Part shown: positions 8,960 through 15,714 of the stretch, piece by piece | Layout: every line of letters starts with the position of its first letter | Numbering within the stretch: position 1 is the stretch's first letter | DNA from: a virus | Length of the DNA stretch: 42,984 bases | Virus record (IMG/VR): IMGVR_UViG_3300009690_000002 | Direction: 5' to 3' (one strand) | The notes under the pieces: generated by a model | The model's input: only the letters and a program-made list of their open reading frames with translations | The model's database searches: none | Told to the model about the DNA's origin: nothing | Position numbers and translations under genes: made by a program

Positions 8960-9322
8960 TCAGTACGTCGAGTTGATCTTTTCTCGTTCCCATCCGATTA
9001 CTACTCCTTCTCCCAACTTAGTATAACCTACAGGGTAGTCTCTAAAGATAGCCATAAGAATCTCAATGCTCAGATGGTTCTCAAATTGACGTTGACAACG
9101 GACTAAACATCTGATAGCTGGTAAGTGGGCATCATCGTAGAGGAAAACGTTTCCCGAACCTACAGCGATGCCCTTTCTTGTTTTCCTGTTCCTATCTCTA
9201 TAAACCTTCTCCACTTGCTTAACTTCTGATCTAGCTGGGATAACTTTAAGACGAGTCCACAGGTGAACTTGTCTAGCAGTAGCTCCAGTTAGTTCACATA
9301 CCTTAGAAGAACTAATCCACAT
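8960..9322 (-). CDS. MerR/excisionase-type HTH DNA-binding protein
   Basis: 'KVCELTGATARQVHLWTRLKVIPA' fits the helix-turn-helix_17 / Xis-like pattern. The preferred ATG at 9320-9322 overlaps the SNF2 stop by 1 nt. Confidence 0.55.
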   Translation of the reverse strand: MWISSSKVCELTGATARQVHLWTRLKVIPARSEVKQVEKVYRDRNRKTRKGIAVGSGNVFLYDDAHLPAIRCLVRCQRQFENHLSIEILMAIFRDYPVGYTKLGEGVVIGWEREKINSTY

Positions 9323-11067
9323 TACAGGATATCCCTCAACATTTCTTTCCAAACACCGGCTGGGCGAATTTGATCGCCCTTCATAATACCTTCGAACATC
9401 TCTGCCTTTTCATCAGAGATCATAGCAACGAAATCATCTACTGACTTCGGAGCATGAATGAAATAGATAGTAACAGGTTGATTAGCCCCCATCCGATAGA
9501 TACGTGCATTACATTGTTCATCTCTTGCTGGGTTCCACCAACGATCAAGATGGATACCTACAGAAGCACCACCTGGCCATCTATCTGGGTTCTTCTGTAG
9601 GTTCAAACCTTCACCCATACTAGAGTTGATACAGAGAACGTCGATCTTTCCTTGCTGGAAATCAATCTCCGCTGATCCCATATCTGCCTTAGTCTTACCA
9701 GTAATAAACCTACAGGTAAGGCCCAATTTGTTGCAGCGCTTCTGGATTTCCTCAAAAACACTGTTGAAGTTGCAGAACACTACTACCTGATCGTTATGTT
9801 CCTCAATGATATCCATAGCCTCATCTACCTTAGCAGAATCTGGCACATTTACCTCAAGGACCTTATCATTACCCCACTCATCCTTCACAATTTGTGAGAA
9901 CACAGGCCACACAGAAATCTGTCGGAGCCTAGTGAGTTGTGCAATGATAGCTGTAGCTGTAAGTGCAGCATCTTCCTGCTCATCCAACCAAATGTAGAAG
10001 TTATCCTTCATTTGATCGTAAGCTTTCTGTTGCTGTGGGTTGTATTCTACAGTCTGCTCTACGATAGTAAGCTCAGGCAATTGAATCCCGACTTCATTAC
10101 GGGTTCGGCGTACCATCCTATCTGCGAGACATACATTTAGAATACGCTCAGTATCAATCTTCCCACCGAACTCTTGATAAGCATTAAAGGCGCTCTCAAA
10201 AGAACGCAGGTTATCAAACTTACTCGGATCGAAGATATGAAGATAGGCCCACAATTCAGCGACCCTATTGACCATTGGAGTACCGGAAAGCATGTAGATG
10301 AAATCTGGTCCCATATCTCGGATATATTCTTTGATAGCAACCCAAAGCCCTGTAGGTCCAGAGGGATTAGCACCACCCTTAAGTTTATGAACCTCATCCA
10401 TTACCACCATACCGAACCTTGTGTTCTTTAGTTCGGGAGTAGTCCTCATAGTTTCATAATTGGTAATCAAGACAATACCAGCCATCTTACTAATGAGGTC
10501 AATCATAAATCCTCGCTCTTTCTTAGGAGAACGACCGAGGATTTCGATGATGGGGATTTCAGACCAACGTTGGAATTCTCGCTTAGTTCCACCAGTTTCT
10601 ACGATGGAAGACTTAGAGAGCCACAGCACTTTCTCATCAGGATGTTCTGCCAGGTACAAATCACACATAGCAATTGCTTGGAGAGTTTTACCCAAACCCA
10701 TATCGTCAGCGTTGAAGAACCCACTATGACCTACAGAAAGGTTATGAAAGGCTTGTGCCGTGCTTTCTTGTTGGTAAGGACGGAGGTGCTCCCAAGTTAC
10801 AGGAGTAAGTTCTTTGATCCTATGGATCGTGTCCTCAATAGCCTTGAGCTTATCCTGTTCTTCTTGCAGTTGCTTTTCAAGCTCACGCTGTTTAGCTTCA
10901 GCAAGAAGCTTCTCTCTAATTTCCCGCTTCTCCTGATCAGCTTTCACAGCCTGCTCAGAAATAGCCCTCGTAAGTTCCGCCGCCCTATCCAGAATCTGTT
11001 GACGCTCATCAATAAGGTCCTGCAGAATCTTTGCTTCGGGAGTCTCAGTAAATTCTACTCTAAACAT
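9322..11067 (-). CDS. SNF2/Rad54-family DNA-dependent ATPase (helicase)
   Basis: Motif I 'DDMGLGKTLQ', motif II 'VVMDEVHKLK', motif VI-like 'QCNARIYRMGANQ'. ATG at 11065-11067 is preferred over the TTG at 11085. Confidence 0.85.
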   Translation of the reverse strand: MFRVEFTETPEAKILQDLIDERQQILDRAAELTRAISEQAVKADQEKREIREKLLAEAKQRELEKQLQEEQDKLKAIEDTIHRIKELTPVTWEHLRPYQQESTAQAFHNLSVGHSGFFNADDMGLGKTLQAIAMCDLYLAEHPDEKVLWLSKSSIVETGGTKREFQRWSEIPIIEILGRSPKKERGFMIDLISKMAGIVLITNYETMRTTPELKNTRFGMVVMDEVHKLKGGANPSGPTGLWVAIKEYIRDMGPDFIYMLSGTPMVNRVAELWAYLHIFDPSKFDNLRSFESAFNAYQEFGGKIDTERILNVCLADRMVRRTRNEVGIQLPELTIVEQTVEYNPQQQKAYDQMKDNFYIWLDEQEDAALTATAIIAQLTRLRQISVWPVFSQIVKDEWGNDKVLEVNVPDSAKVDEAMDIIEEHNDQVVVFCNFNSVFEEIQKRCNKLGLTCRFITGKTKADMGSAEIDFQQGKIDVLCINSSMGEGLNLQKNPDRWPGGASVGIHLDRWWNPARDEQCNARIYRMGANQPVTIYFIHAPKSVDDFVAMISDEKAEMFEGIMKGDQIRPAGVWKEMLRDIL

Positions 11068-11440
11068 TGGATGCCACGCTTTCAATCAATGACCTACAGG
11101 TGGAACAGGTATGATGATCTATACCTACAGAAAGGTACCCAATCTTAAGAGCTCGCTCTAAGAGAGCTGCATCACTTTCATGTAGATCACCCCCTTGAAC
11201 ATTAAGATCCTTAGCTAGATAAGGATAAAGCATGGGTGGAACATGATCCCCAGGGTAGTAGTACCTGCGGTAAAGTATCTGAAATTGGAGAACCCAATCC
11301 GTATCGGTATCTAGATGTGGGAAGAAATAATCCTCAATAGGACCATCCTGGCATGGGGCTACGAAATTAATAAGCTCAGGCCTATTAGCTTCCAATAGTG
11401 CTAGACAAGTAACAAGGAAAGGATCATTAGAGAGTGACAT
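11060..11440 (-). CDS. Hypothetical protein (~126 aa)
   Basis: ORF. ATG at 11438-11440 (MSLSNDPF) is preferred and lies 14 nt inside the upstream gene. Confidence 0.5.
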   Translation of the reverse strand: MSLSNDPFLVTCLALLEANRPELINFVAPCQDGPIEDYFFPHLDTDTDWVLQFQILYRRYYYPGDHVPPMLYPYLAKDLNVQGGDLHESDAALLERALKIGYLSVGIDHHTCSTCRSLIESVASNV

Positions 11441-12131
11441 TGATAATCTCCACTTCCACTTGTTGGTTATCAACAGTAACCATGTTGTGTCCTGTTTCTT
11501 CCATCTTTTCTACAAGATCCATATGACTCTTGAAATCATCTTTCTTCCAGCCGAGCATTTCTGCCACGATTCTATAGTTGTGGTAAACATCTGATCCGAT
11601 CCTGTAGGCCGGATATGTTGTGCGCTCACTTCCACCAAAATTACCGGAGATACTCTTGAGTGGAGCATAAGTCTTATCGTGAATCATCTTAGCGAATTCA
11701 CGGAAACTCTCAAAGCCTTCCCGCAGTTTAGTGTACCTATCAAAGGCCAACTTCTTGTCTGCCATGTTGGGGGAACGAAGAATCATATCTTCCCGAGCTC
11801 GAGAATGAAAGCCCACTTCTGAATCCTTGATAAACTCTTTCAAGAGTTGAATCATGTGATATTGGACGTTCAATTCTTCTTCTTCCTCCATTTCATAAAG
11901 AGTATCGAGGAAACTTGAGAGGATCTCCTTAGCCCTATCTTTTGCGACCGCATCATGTGCTGCGGTTTCTGTTGCTACTTGCCGTGCCTCACTAATTGAT
12001 CCCTTACTCTTGAGGACAGTCTGCAATTCATCTGCTACATGGTAGACTTTCTTTGAGAAAGCCTCTGGATCATCCAACATTGTTAGATAATCAATTTCAA
12101 GATCAGTAAAGATACTACGGTGGTTGCTCAT
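11427..12131 (-). CDS. Hypothetical protein (234 aa)
   Basis: Long ORF in the operon orientation. No motif recognised. Confidence 0.6.
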   Translation of the reverse strand: MSNHRSIFTDLEIDYLTMLDDPEAFSKKVYHVADELQTVLKSKGSISEARQVATETAAHDAVAKDRAKEILSSFLDTLYEMEEEEELNVQYHMIQLLKEFIKDSEVGFHSRAREDMILRSPNMADKKLAFDRYTKLREGFESFREFAKMIHDKTYAPLKSISGNFGGSERTTYPAYRIGSDVYHNYRIVAEMLGWKKDDFKSHMDLVEKMEETGHNMVTVDNQQVEVEIINVTL

Positions 12132-12147
12132 TCTTTCTCTCCTTATA

Positions 12148-12303
12148 TCAGTCGTCGGAAAGTTCTGGTCCTACAGGGGGGTATAGATTAAAGATCTTTA
12201 GTACAGTTGCTTCATCTGTACTAACATGCTCAGCAATCTGTTTGAACGTAAGATCGTTGTAATGAAACAAACGCCTACAACGGATAATTTCTTCCCTAGT
12301 CAT
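12148..12303 (-). CDS. Small HTH protein (51 aa; not in the ORF track)
   Basis: My translation is MTREEIIRCRRLFHYNDLTFKQIAEHVSTDEATVLKIFNLYPPVGPELSDD. 'LTFKQIAEHVSTDEATVLK' is HTH-like. Its ATG forms an ATGA overlap with the upstream small ORF. Confidence 0.5.
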   Translation of the reverse strand: MTREEIIRCRRLFHYNDLTFKQIAEHVSTDEATVLKIFNLYPPVGPELSDD

Positions 12304-12461
12304 GCAAAGTCTCCATACCAAGCTTGATCGAACCGAGCACTATCATGTGCTTCCAATTTATTTAACCTCTCATCTATTGTATCCAGAGTGGAAATGATGG
12401 AGTGGAATGTTTTCAGCATGGCTTTTAATAACTCAACAAGAGCTTCTTCTTTCTCAGTCAC
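12300..12461 (-). CDS. Hypothetical small protein (53 aa, GTG start; not in the ORF track)
   Basis: My translation is (V)TEKEEALVELLKAMLKTFHSIISTLDTIDERLNKLEAHDSARFDQAWYGDFA. It has a GTGA overlap with the upstream stop and an ATGA overlap downstream. Confidence 0.4.
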   Translation of the reverse strand: MTEKEEALVELLKAMLKTFHSIISTLDTIDERLNKLEAHDSARFDQAWYGDFA

Positions 12462-12688
12462 TTGTTTACTTCCTTAAGCTTAACCAGTTCATTAATGAGA
12501 ATGTTCTCATTCTCATTAATGATATATAGAATGTCTGCAATCTGTTGGAATCGGTTGAGATTAGTCTCTTTCTCTTGCTTGAACAATTCGTAGAGTTCAT
12601 CGGTATTCATAGTAGTAACACCCCTCTTTAGTGTCATAGTAGAAATAGTATTGTTCGGACAACCCTGATCGTACTTTGTTATTCCCAT
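12458..12688 (-). CDS. Hypothetical protein (likely starts at an internal ATG, 12610 or 12637)
   Basis: ORF. The C-terminal part is coiled-coil-like. Confidence 0.4.
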   Translation of the reverse strand: MGITKYDQGCPNNTISTMTLKRGVTTMNTDELYELFKQEKETNLNRFQQIADILYIINENENILINELVKLKEVNK

Positions 12689-12827
12689 CTACTGCAGCTG
12701 CCTTTAGATTGGGGAAGAGATCCTCAATCTCATGTGGACCATGTGGTGCGGTGTAAATTATTCCTGGCATCTTGGACATATTGCAAACTCCCAGTGTATT
12801 GATTGTTCCGTATTCATTCCCGCCCAT
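12597..12827 (-). CDS. Hypothetical protein (likely starts at ATG 12779 or 12770)
   Basis: ORF in the operon orientation. Confidence 0.4.
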   Translation of the reverse strand: MGGNEYGTINTLGVCNMSKMPGIIYTAPHGPHEIEDLFPNLKAAAVDGNNKVRSGLSEQYYFYYDTKEGCYYYEYR

Positions 12828-12973
12828 TCGGCGAAGGTCATTGTAGTTGAGTCATGTAACCATGATTCCCAATCCCACAAACTAAACTCGATAGTGTCTA
12901 CTGAACCACATACATCACACTTAAGTTTGATCGACTTAGTATCATGGTTGTATGGGTTATAGGCTAGTTTCAT
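12758..12973 (-). CDS. Small zinc-ribbon protein (71 aa)
   Basis: 'CDVCGS' ... 'CPRCQE' pair of CxxC motifs. Confidence 0.5.
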   Translation of the reverse strand: MKLAYNPYNHDTKSIKLKCDVCGSVDTIEFSLWDWESWLHDSTTMTFAEWAGMNTEQSIHWEFAICPRCQE

Positions 12974-13343
12974 GAATGATCTCCAAGCCCCAATAATCAG
13001 TAGCTACAATGAACTCATCATATCCTCCAGCCCTTAATCCATCTGAATTATAAGCCTTGATTCCCTCTAACTCATTAATGTATAAAGGCATCCCCATGTG
13101 CCTAATGATTCCACTCTTATAGAGGTTACACTCATGTGTTTCCCTTGTAGGTGGTGCAAAGATTTCCCAATAGTGGATAGCTCTAAATGCTTCTTCTTCT
13201 CCCCCAGCTAATTGTCCCTCTGAATTATAGAGACAACCGGAGTTGGGATCTACAATTATTGGACCAAGGTGTGTATTTGGTAAGAAGCTTTCATGCATCT
13301 CTTTTGTAGGCGGTAACCACTTATTTTCTTTTTCTTTTTTCAT
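12957..13343 (-). CDS. Hypothetical protein made of two tandem ~55-aa repeats
   Basis: 'PPTKEMHESFL...YNSEGQLAGGEEEAFRAIHYWE' aligns with 'PPTRETHECNL...YNSDGLRAGGYDEFIVATDYWG'. Confidence 0.6.
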   Translation of the reverse strand: MKKEKENKWLPPTKEMHESFLPNTHLGPIIVDPNSGCLYNSEGQLAGGEEEAFRAIHYWEIFAPPTRETHECNLYKSGIIRHMGMPLYINELEGIKAYNSDGLRAGGYDEFIVATDYWGLEIIHETSL

Positions 13344-13408
13344 GGGCTTTCTCCTTTCAACTTAGTAGTATAGCACATCTGAGGTCGGTTGTCAAGTCAA
13401 AGGTAGGT

Positions 13409-13831
13409 TTAGTCTCCATGTTGCATGTACAAATGATAGAGCCCTAGTAAATAGTTATAAAATATCTCCTCGTTACTTCTCTCTCCAAGGTACTCGATTA
13501 CCTTCTCTGTGTTGGGAGGTGGGTCTAGCTGTTCATAACTCTCAAAGAGGAAGTCATATTTCTTTAAGTAAGGAGGGATGAGAGTAGGGGTAGGATCAGG
13601 GTCTGGGATAGTAGAGTTTAAAGGGGTGGTAGTATTTGTGGGGATAGTCACGTTCGTCTTGTTCCATACTAGGTTACTATCACGAGTTACTAGACCTAAG
13701 TTGACCATCTTTGTTAGTGCTGGAGTTATGTTAGATGGAGTCCTGTTTACCTTTCTAGCCACCTCAGATAATTTACCTGGGAGGGCCTCTAAGATTTGTG
13801 TGTCTTTAGGTGTGAGTAGTGGTTTCTTCAT
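13409..13831 (-). CDS. Winged-helix (MarR-like) DNA-binding regulator; first gene of the leftward arm
   Basis: 'LTPKDTQILEALPGKLSEVARKVNRTPSNITPALTKMVNLGLVTR' fits a wHTH pattern. The gene lies directly beside the palindrome-rich control region. Confidence 0.55.
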   Translation of the reverse strand: MKKPLLTPKDTQILEALPGKLSEVARKVNRTPSNITPALTKMVNLGLVTRDSNLVWNKTNVTIPTNTTTPLNSTIPDPDPTPTLIPPYLKKYDFLFESYEQLDPPPNTEKVIEYLGERSNEEIFYNYLLGLYHLYMQHGD

Positions 13832-13895
13832 AGTCTACAGTCTACCACCTGGTGATAGCCAATAACAGTGTGGGTTGAGATAACGTTTGGCTATC

Positions 13896-13943
13896 TAGTT
13901 ATCCACAGGGGGTGGGTGGTGTGGGTAAGGCTGTGGATAACTA
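13896..13943. promoter_or_regulatory. Inverted repeat with 12-bp arms. Each arm carries a perfect DnaA-box 9-mer (TTATCCACA at 13899-13907; TGTGGATAA at 13932-13940), around a 24-nt G-rich spacer.
   Basis: Read directly: TAGTTATCCACA-GGGGGTGGGTGGTGTGGGTAAGGC-TGTGGATAACTA. Confidence 0.5.
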
Positions 13944-14041
13944 CTATTGGTACATACTAGTACAGAGTACTAGTATAGAGTAGTAAGTACTAGTACGGAG
14001 TACTAGTATATACTGATTTTCGGTATATAACCCCTGGTAGA

Positions 14042-14050
14042 TGGTATAAT
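14042..14050 (+). promoter_or_regulatory. Candidate extended -10 promoter TGGTATAAT (rightward)
   Basis: TGnTATAAT match read directly. A similar TGGTACAAT precedes whiB. No -35 element is evident. Confidence 0.3.
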
Positions 14051-14091
14051 GGTCCTCGCTAAATTGGAAAATTTTAATCCGTGTGTATTTA

Positions 14092-14127
14092 TATTTAAGT
14101 ACTAGTACTAGTACTAGTACTTAAATA
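14092..14127. repeat. 36-bp perfect palindrome TATTTAAGTACTAGTACTAGTACTAGTACTTAAATA
   Basis: Self-complementarity was checked base by base. It is flanked by imperfectly matching CCGTGT...ACACGG arms. Confidence 0.9.
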
Positions 14128-14389
14128 CACGGATGGAGGATTACTAGTAACCCCCTCTATTGTAAACAAATCTCACAGGGGTACCTAATAGGTAAGTAAA
14201 TCACTCAGAGGGACCTATACCTTAGGGTATAGGACCTCCCACTAGGTTATACACCCTCCTACACTCTCCCTTCTCGGCAATCTTTAGTGGTCTAAAGAGT
14301 ACACCCATCACAAAAAGCGCGACCCTGAGGACATTTGACCACAGGGTACATTTAACCACCCCTAATGAAAAACGCCCATCCTTTACTTG

Positions 14390-14426
14390 ACACCCTGTAG
14401 GTTATAAATTCACACCCTGTAGGTTA
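14390..14426 (+). repeat. Two direct copies of ACACCCTGTAGGTTA (14390-14404 and 14412-14426), 22-bp period
   Basis: Read directly. Each copy contains the genome-wide CCTGTAGG word. A TTGACA hexamer lies at 14388-14393. Confidence 0.85.
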
Positions 14427-14510
14427 GGTTGCGGGGTATTACTGAAATAGGAGGTTTACACTAAAAGCAGAGTAAAACAAAAGGGGGTATGTTTAGGACA
14501 AGATTCGCGA

Positions 14511-14538
14511 CCTTACACTTGCTTTAGCAAGTGTAAGG
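14511..14538. repeat. Perfect 12-bp-arm palindrome CCTTACACTTGC-TTTA-GCAAGTGTAAGG
   Basis: Read directly. There is no U-tract on either side, so a protein-binding site is more likely than a terminator. Confidence 0.6.
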
Positions 14539-14580
14539 TACACTTCATAAAGTTGGTTAGGGTAGCCTAACACTAGGGGT

Positions 14581-14618
14581 AAATAAAGAAGCCTCGATCC
14601 GTTAGGATCGAGGCTTCT
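14581..14618 (-). terminator. Rho-independent terminator of the leftward two-gene cassette
   Basis: 14-bp stem AGAAGCCTCGATCC-GTTA-GGATCGAGGCTTCT. On the minus strand it is followed by TTTATTT. It lies 16 nt past the stop of ORF 14634..14804. Confidence 0.7.
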
Positions 14619-14633
14619 AGGGTGGGAGGTTAT

Positions 14634-14804
14634 CTACCGGTAGGACATATCGACGAGGAACTCAATTGTCTCATCGTAGGTTGCGCAGTACCGTTGGATA
14701 CCATGTTTGTAACAGTAGTATGCAATTCTGTCCTGGAGTTGTTCGGGAAGATCATCAAAGCCGGCGTAGATATCCGACCATAGATATGAGTAGTTGTCGC
14801 TCAC
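14634..14804 (-). CDS. Hypothetical small protein (56 aa, GTG start; not in the ORF track)
   Basis: My translation is (V)SDNYSYLWSDIYAGFDDLPEQLQDRIAYYCYKHGIQRYCATYDETIEFLVDMSYR. It is preceded by AGAAAGTGAG, the same upstream box as the neighbouring gene at matching spacing. Confidence 0.45.
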   Translation of the reverse strand: MSDNYSYLWSDIYAGFDDLPEQLQDRIAYYCYKHGIQRYCATYDETIEFLVDMSYR

Positions 14805-14870
14805 AGTGTTCTCACTTTCTAGATTGATAGAGGAGGGTACTTGTGTACCCTCCTCTACTGACTTACTTAC

Positions 14871-15203
14871 TTAGGCTCCGAGCTCCAAGTAGTTCTTGAT
14901 CCCGAGAGCCTTAAACGCTGCTTGACGTTCGTTCAGCTGCTCAACCTTAGTTCCAGCCTTCCGGCCTCGAACCTGATTCACTCTCATCGCCGTATTCTTG
15001 CATTGCTTATCCTGTGTATTGAGGAGTCCAGCTACAACAGTCTGCAGGTTGTCGATAGCGTCTCGCGTCTCTGCGCAATCTGCCGTCTCTCCGGCAGCAA
15101 CCCGAGCGATCCACTTGTCATCCGATGTGACGATCTGATCAACTAGGTTGCCGAGAAACTCGATATACCGGACTTGTACGTCAGTCATCTTGTTAGTTGC
15201 CAT
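14871..15203 (-). CDS. Hypothetical protein (110 aa); isolated gene inside the control region
   Basis: ATG preceded by ATAGAAAGTGAGCCAATC. The local sequence looks GC-richer than its surroundings. No motif recognised. Confidence 0.6.
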   Translation of the reverse strand: MATNKMTDVQVRYIEFLGNLVDQIVTSDDKWIARVAAGETADCAETRDAIDNLQTVVAGLLNTQDKQCKNTAMRVNQVRGRKAGTKVEQLNERQAAFKALGIKNYLELGA

Positions 15204-15220
15204 GATTGGCTCACTTTCTA

Positions 15221-15332
15221 TTACCGGTCTGGCAGGATGCCAGACTCAGACCTATGGCAGGGTAGAGCACAGCCCTACCCTGCCCGGGAGAATCTTCAAT
15301 TGACAAGGTACCGGTCTGGCAGGATGCCAGAC
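15221..15332. promoter_or_regulatory. Two exact 25-bp copies of TACCGGTCTGGCAGGATGCCAGACT (15221-15245 and 15308-15332). Each contains an 8-bp-arm palindrome. They flank a third hairpin with a 10-bp stem (15255-15283).
   Basis: Read directly: GTCTGGCA-GGA-TGCCAGAC twice, 87 bp apart, and GGCAGGGTAG-N9-CTACCCTGCC between them. The cluster lies immediately upstream of the leftward gene 14871..15203. Confidence 0.6.
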
Positions 15333-15431
15333 TTCCCTAACCTTAGTGCCTAGTTCGGTCGATCGCAGCTAATCAGACGTTGCAGATGCAATGATCGAGT
15401 TCCCCTTGACTAACAGTCGATGATAAGTAAA

Positions 15432-15601
15432 CCTAACACCAAGTGTTAGTCAAGAGGTAACGGTAAGTGTTAGGCCCGTAAAACAAAACACGGTAAGCGA
15501 GATCAATAGGTCATATAAAGATAGACTAACAAGGTGTGTCAGGGGGGCTCAATTATTATTGTTAGGCGAACCTAATTCTGTATATTAGGTGGACCTAACA
15601 C
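15432..15601. promoter_or_regulatory. Cluster of CCTAACAC / GTGTTAGG boxes
   Basis: Exact 8-mers at 15432-15439 (+), 15467-15474 (inverted) and 15594-15601 (+), with one more at 14566-14573. Half-sites occur at 15443-15449 and 15560-15566. Confidence 0.45.
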
Positions 15602-15714
15602 CGTTCCCCGATCACATTCTGCGATAGTGAAGCTTGCTTTGCTAGCAATTGTCTGAAAAATTTATGTACTACCGAATTTTATGTACTACCTGGGGTATGG
15701 TATGGTACTCCTAT

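Larger units (their letters stand above)
13951..14150. repeat. Array of ACTAGT-centred palindromes (TACTAGTA type)
   Basis: ACTAGT occurs at 13956, 13969, 13989, 14002, 14101, 14107, 14113 and 14143. That is 8 copies in about 200 bp. Confidence 0.85.

Noticed and set aside
8960-9322. Excisionase-like HTH protein as evidence of a lysogeny module
   Set aside because: There is no integrase, no recognisable CI/Cro-type repressor pair and no attP-like feature anywhere in the genome. It is treated as a generic DNA-binding protein in a lytic phage.
10570-11148. 192-aa plus-strand ORF, together with other plus-strand ORFs at 9806-10729
   Set aside because: They lie entirely antisense within the well-supported SNF2 helicase gene. 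The sequences are low-complexity and Leu/Ser-rich, with no start context. These are typical shadow ORFs.
13951-14150. The ACTAGT repeat array as a possible CRISPR array
   Set aside because: The units are 6-8 bp with 0-14-bp gaps. That is far too short for repeats and spacers. There are no cas genes.
15649-15714. TTG-initiated N-terminal extension of the first late gene (MSEKFMYYRILCTTWGMVWYSY)
   Set aside because: It translates straight through tandem DNA repeats, has an odd composition and uses a rare start. The ATG at 15715 is preferred.
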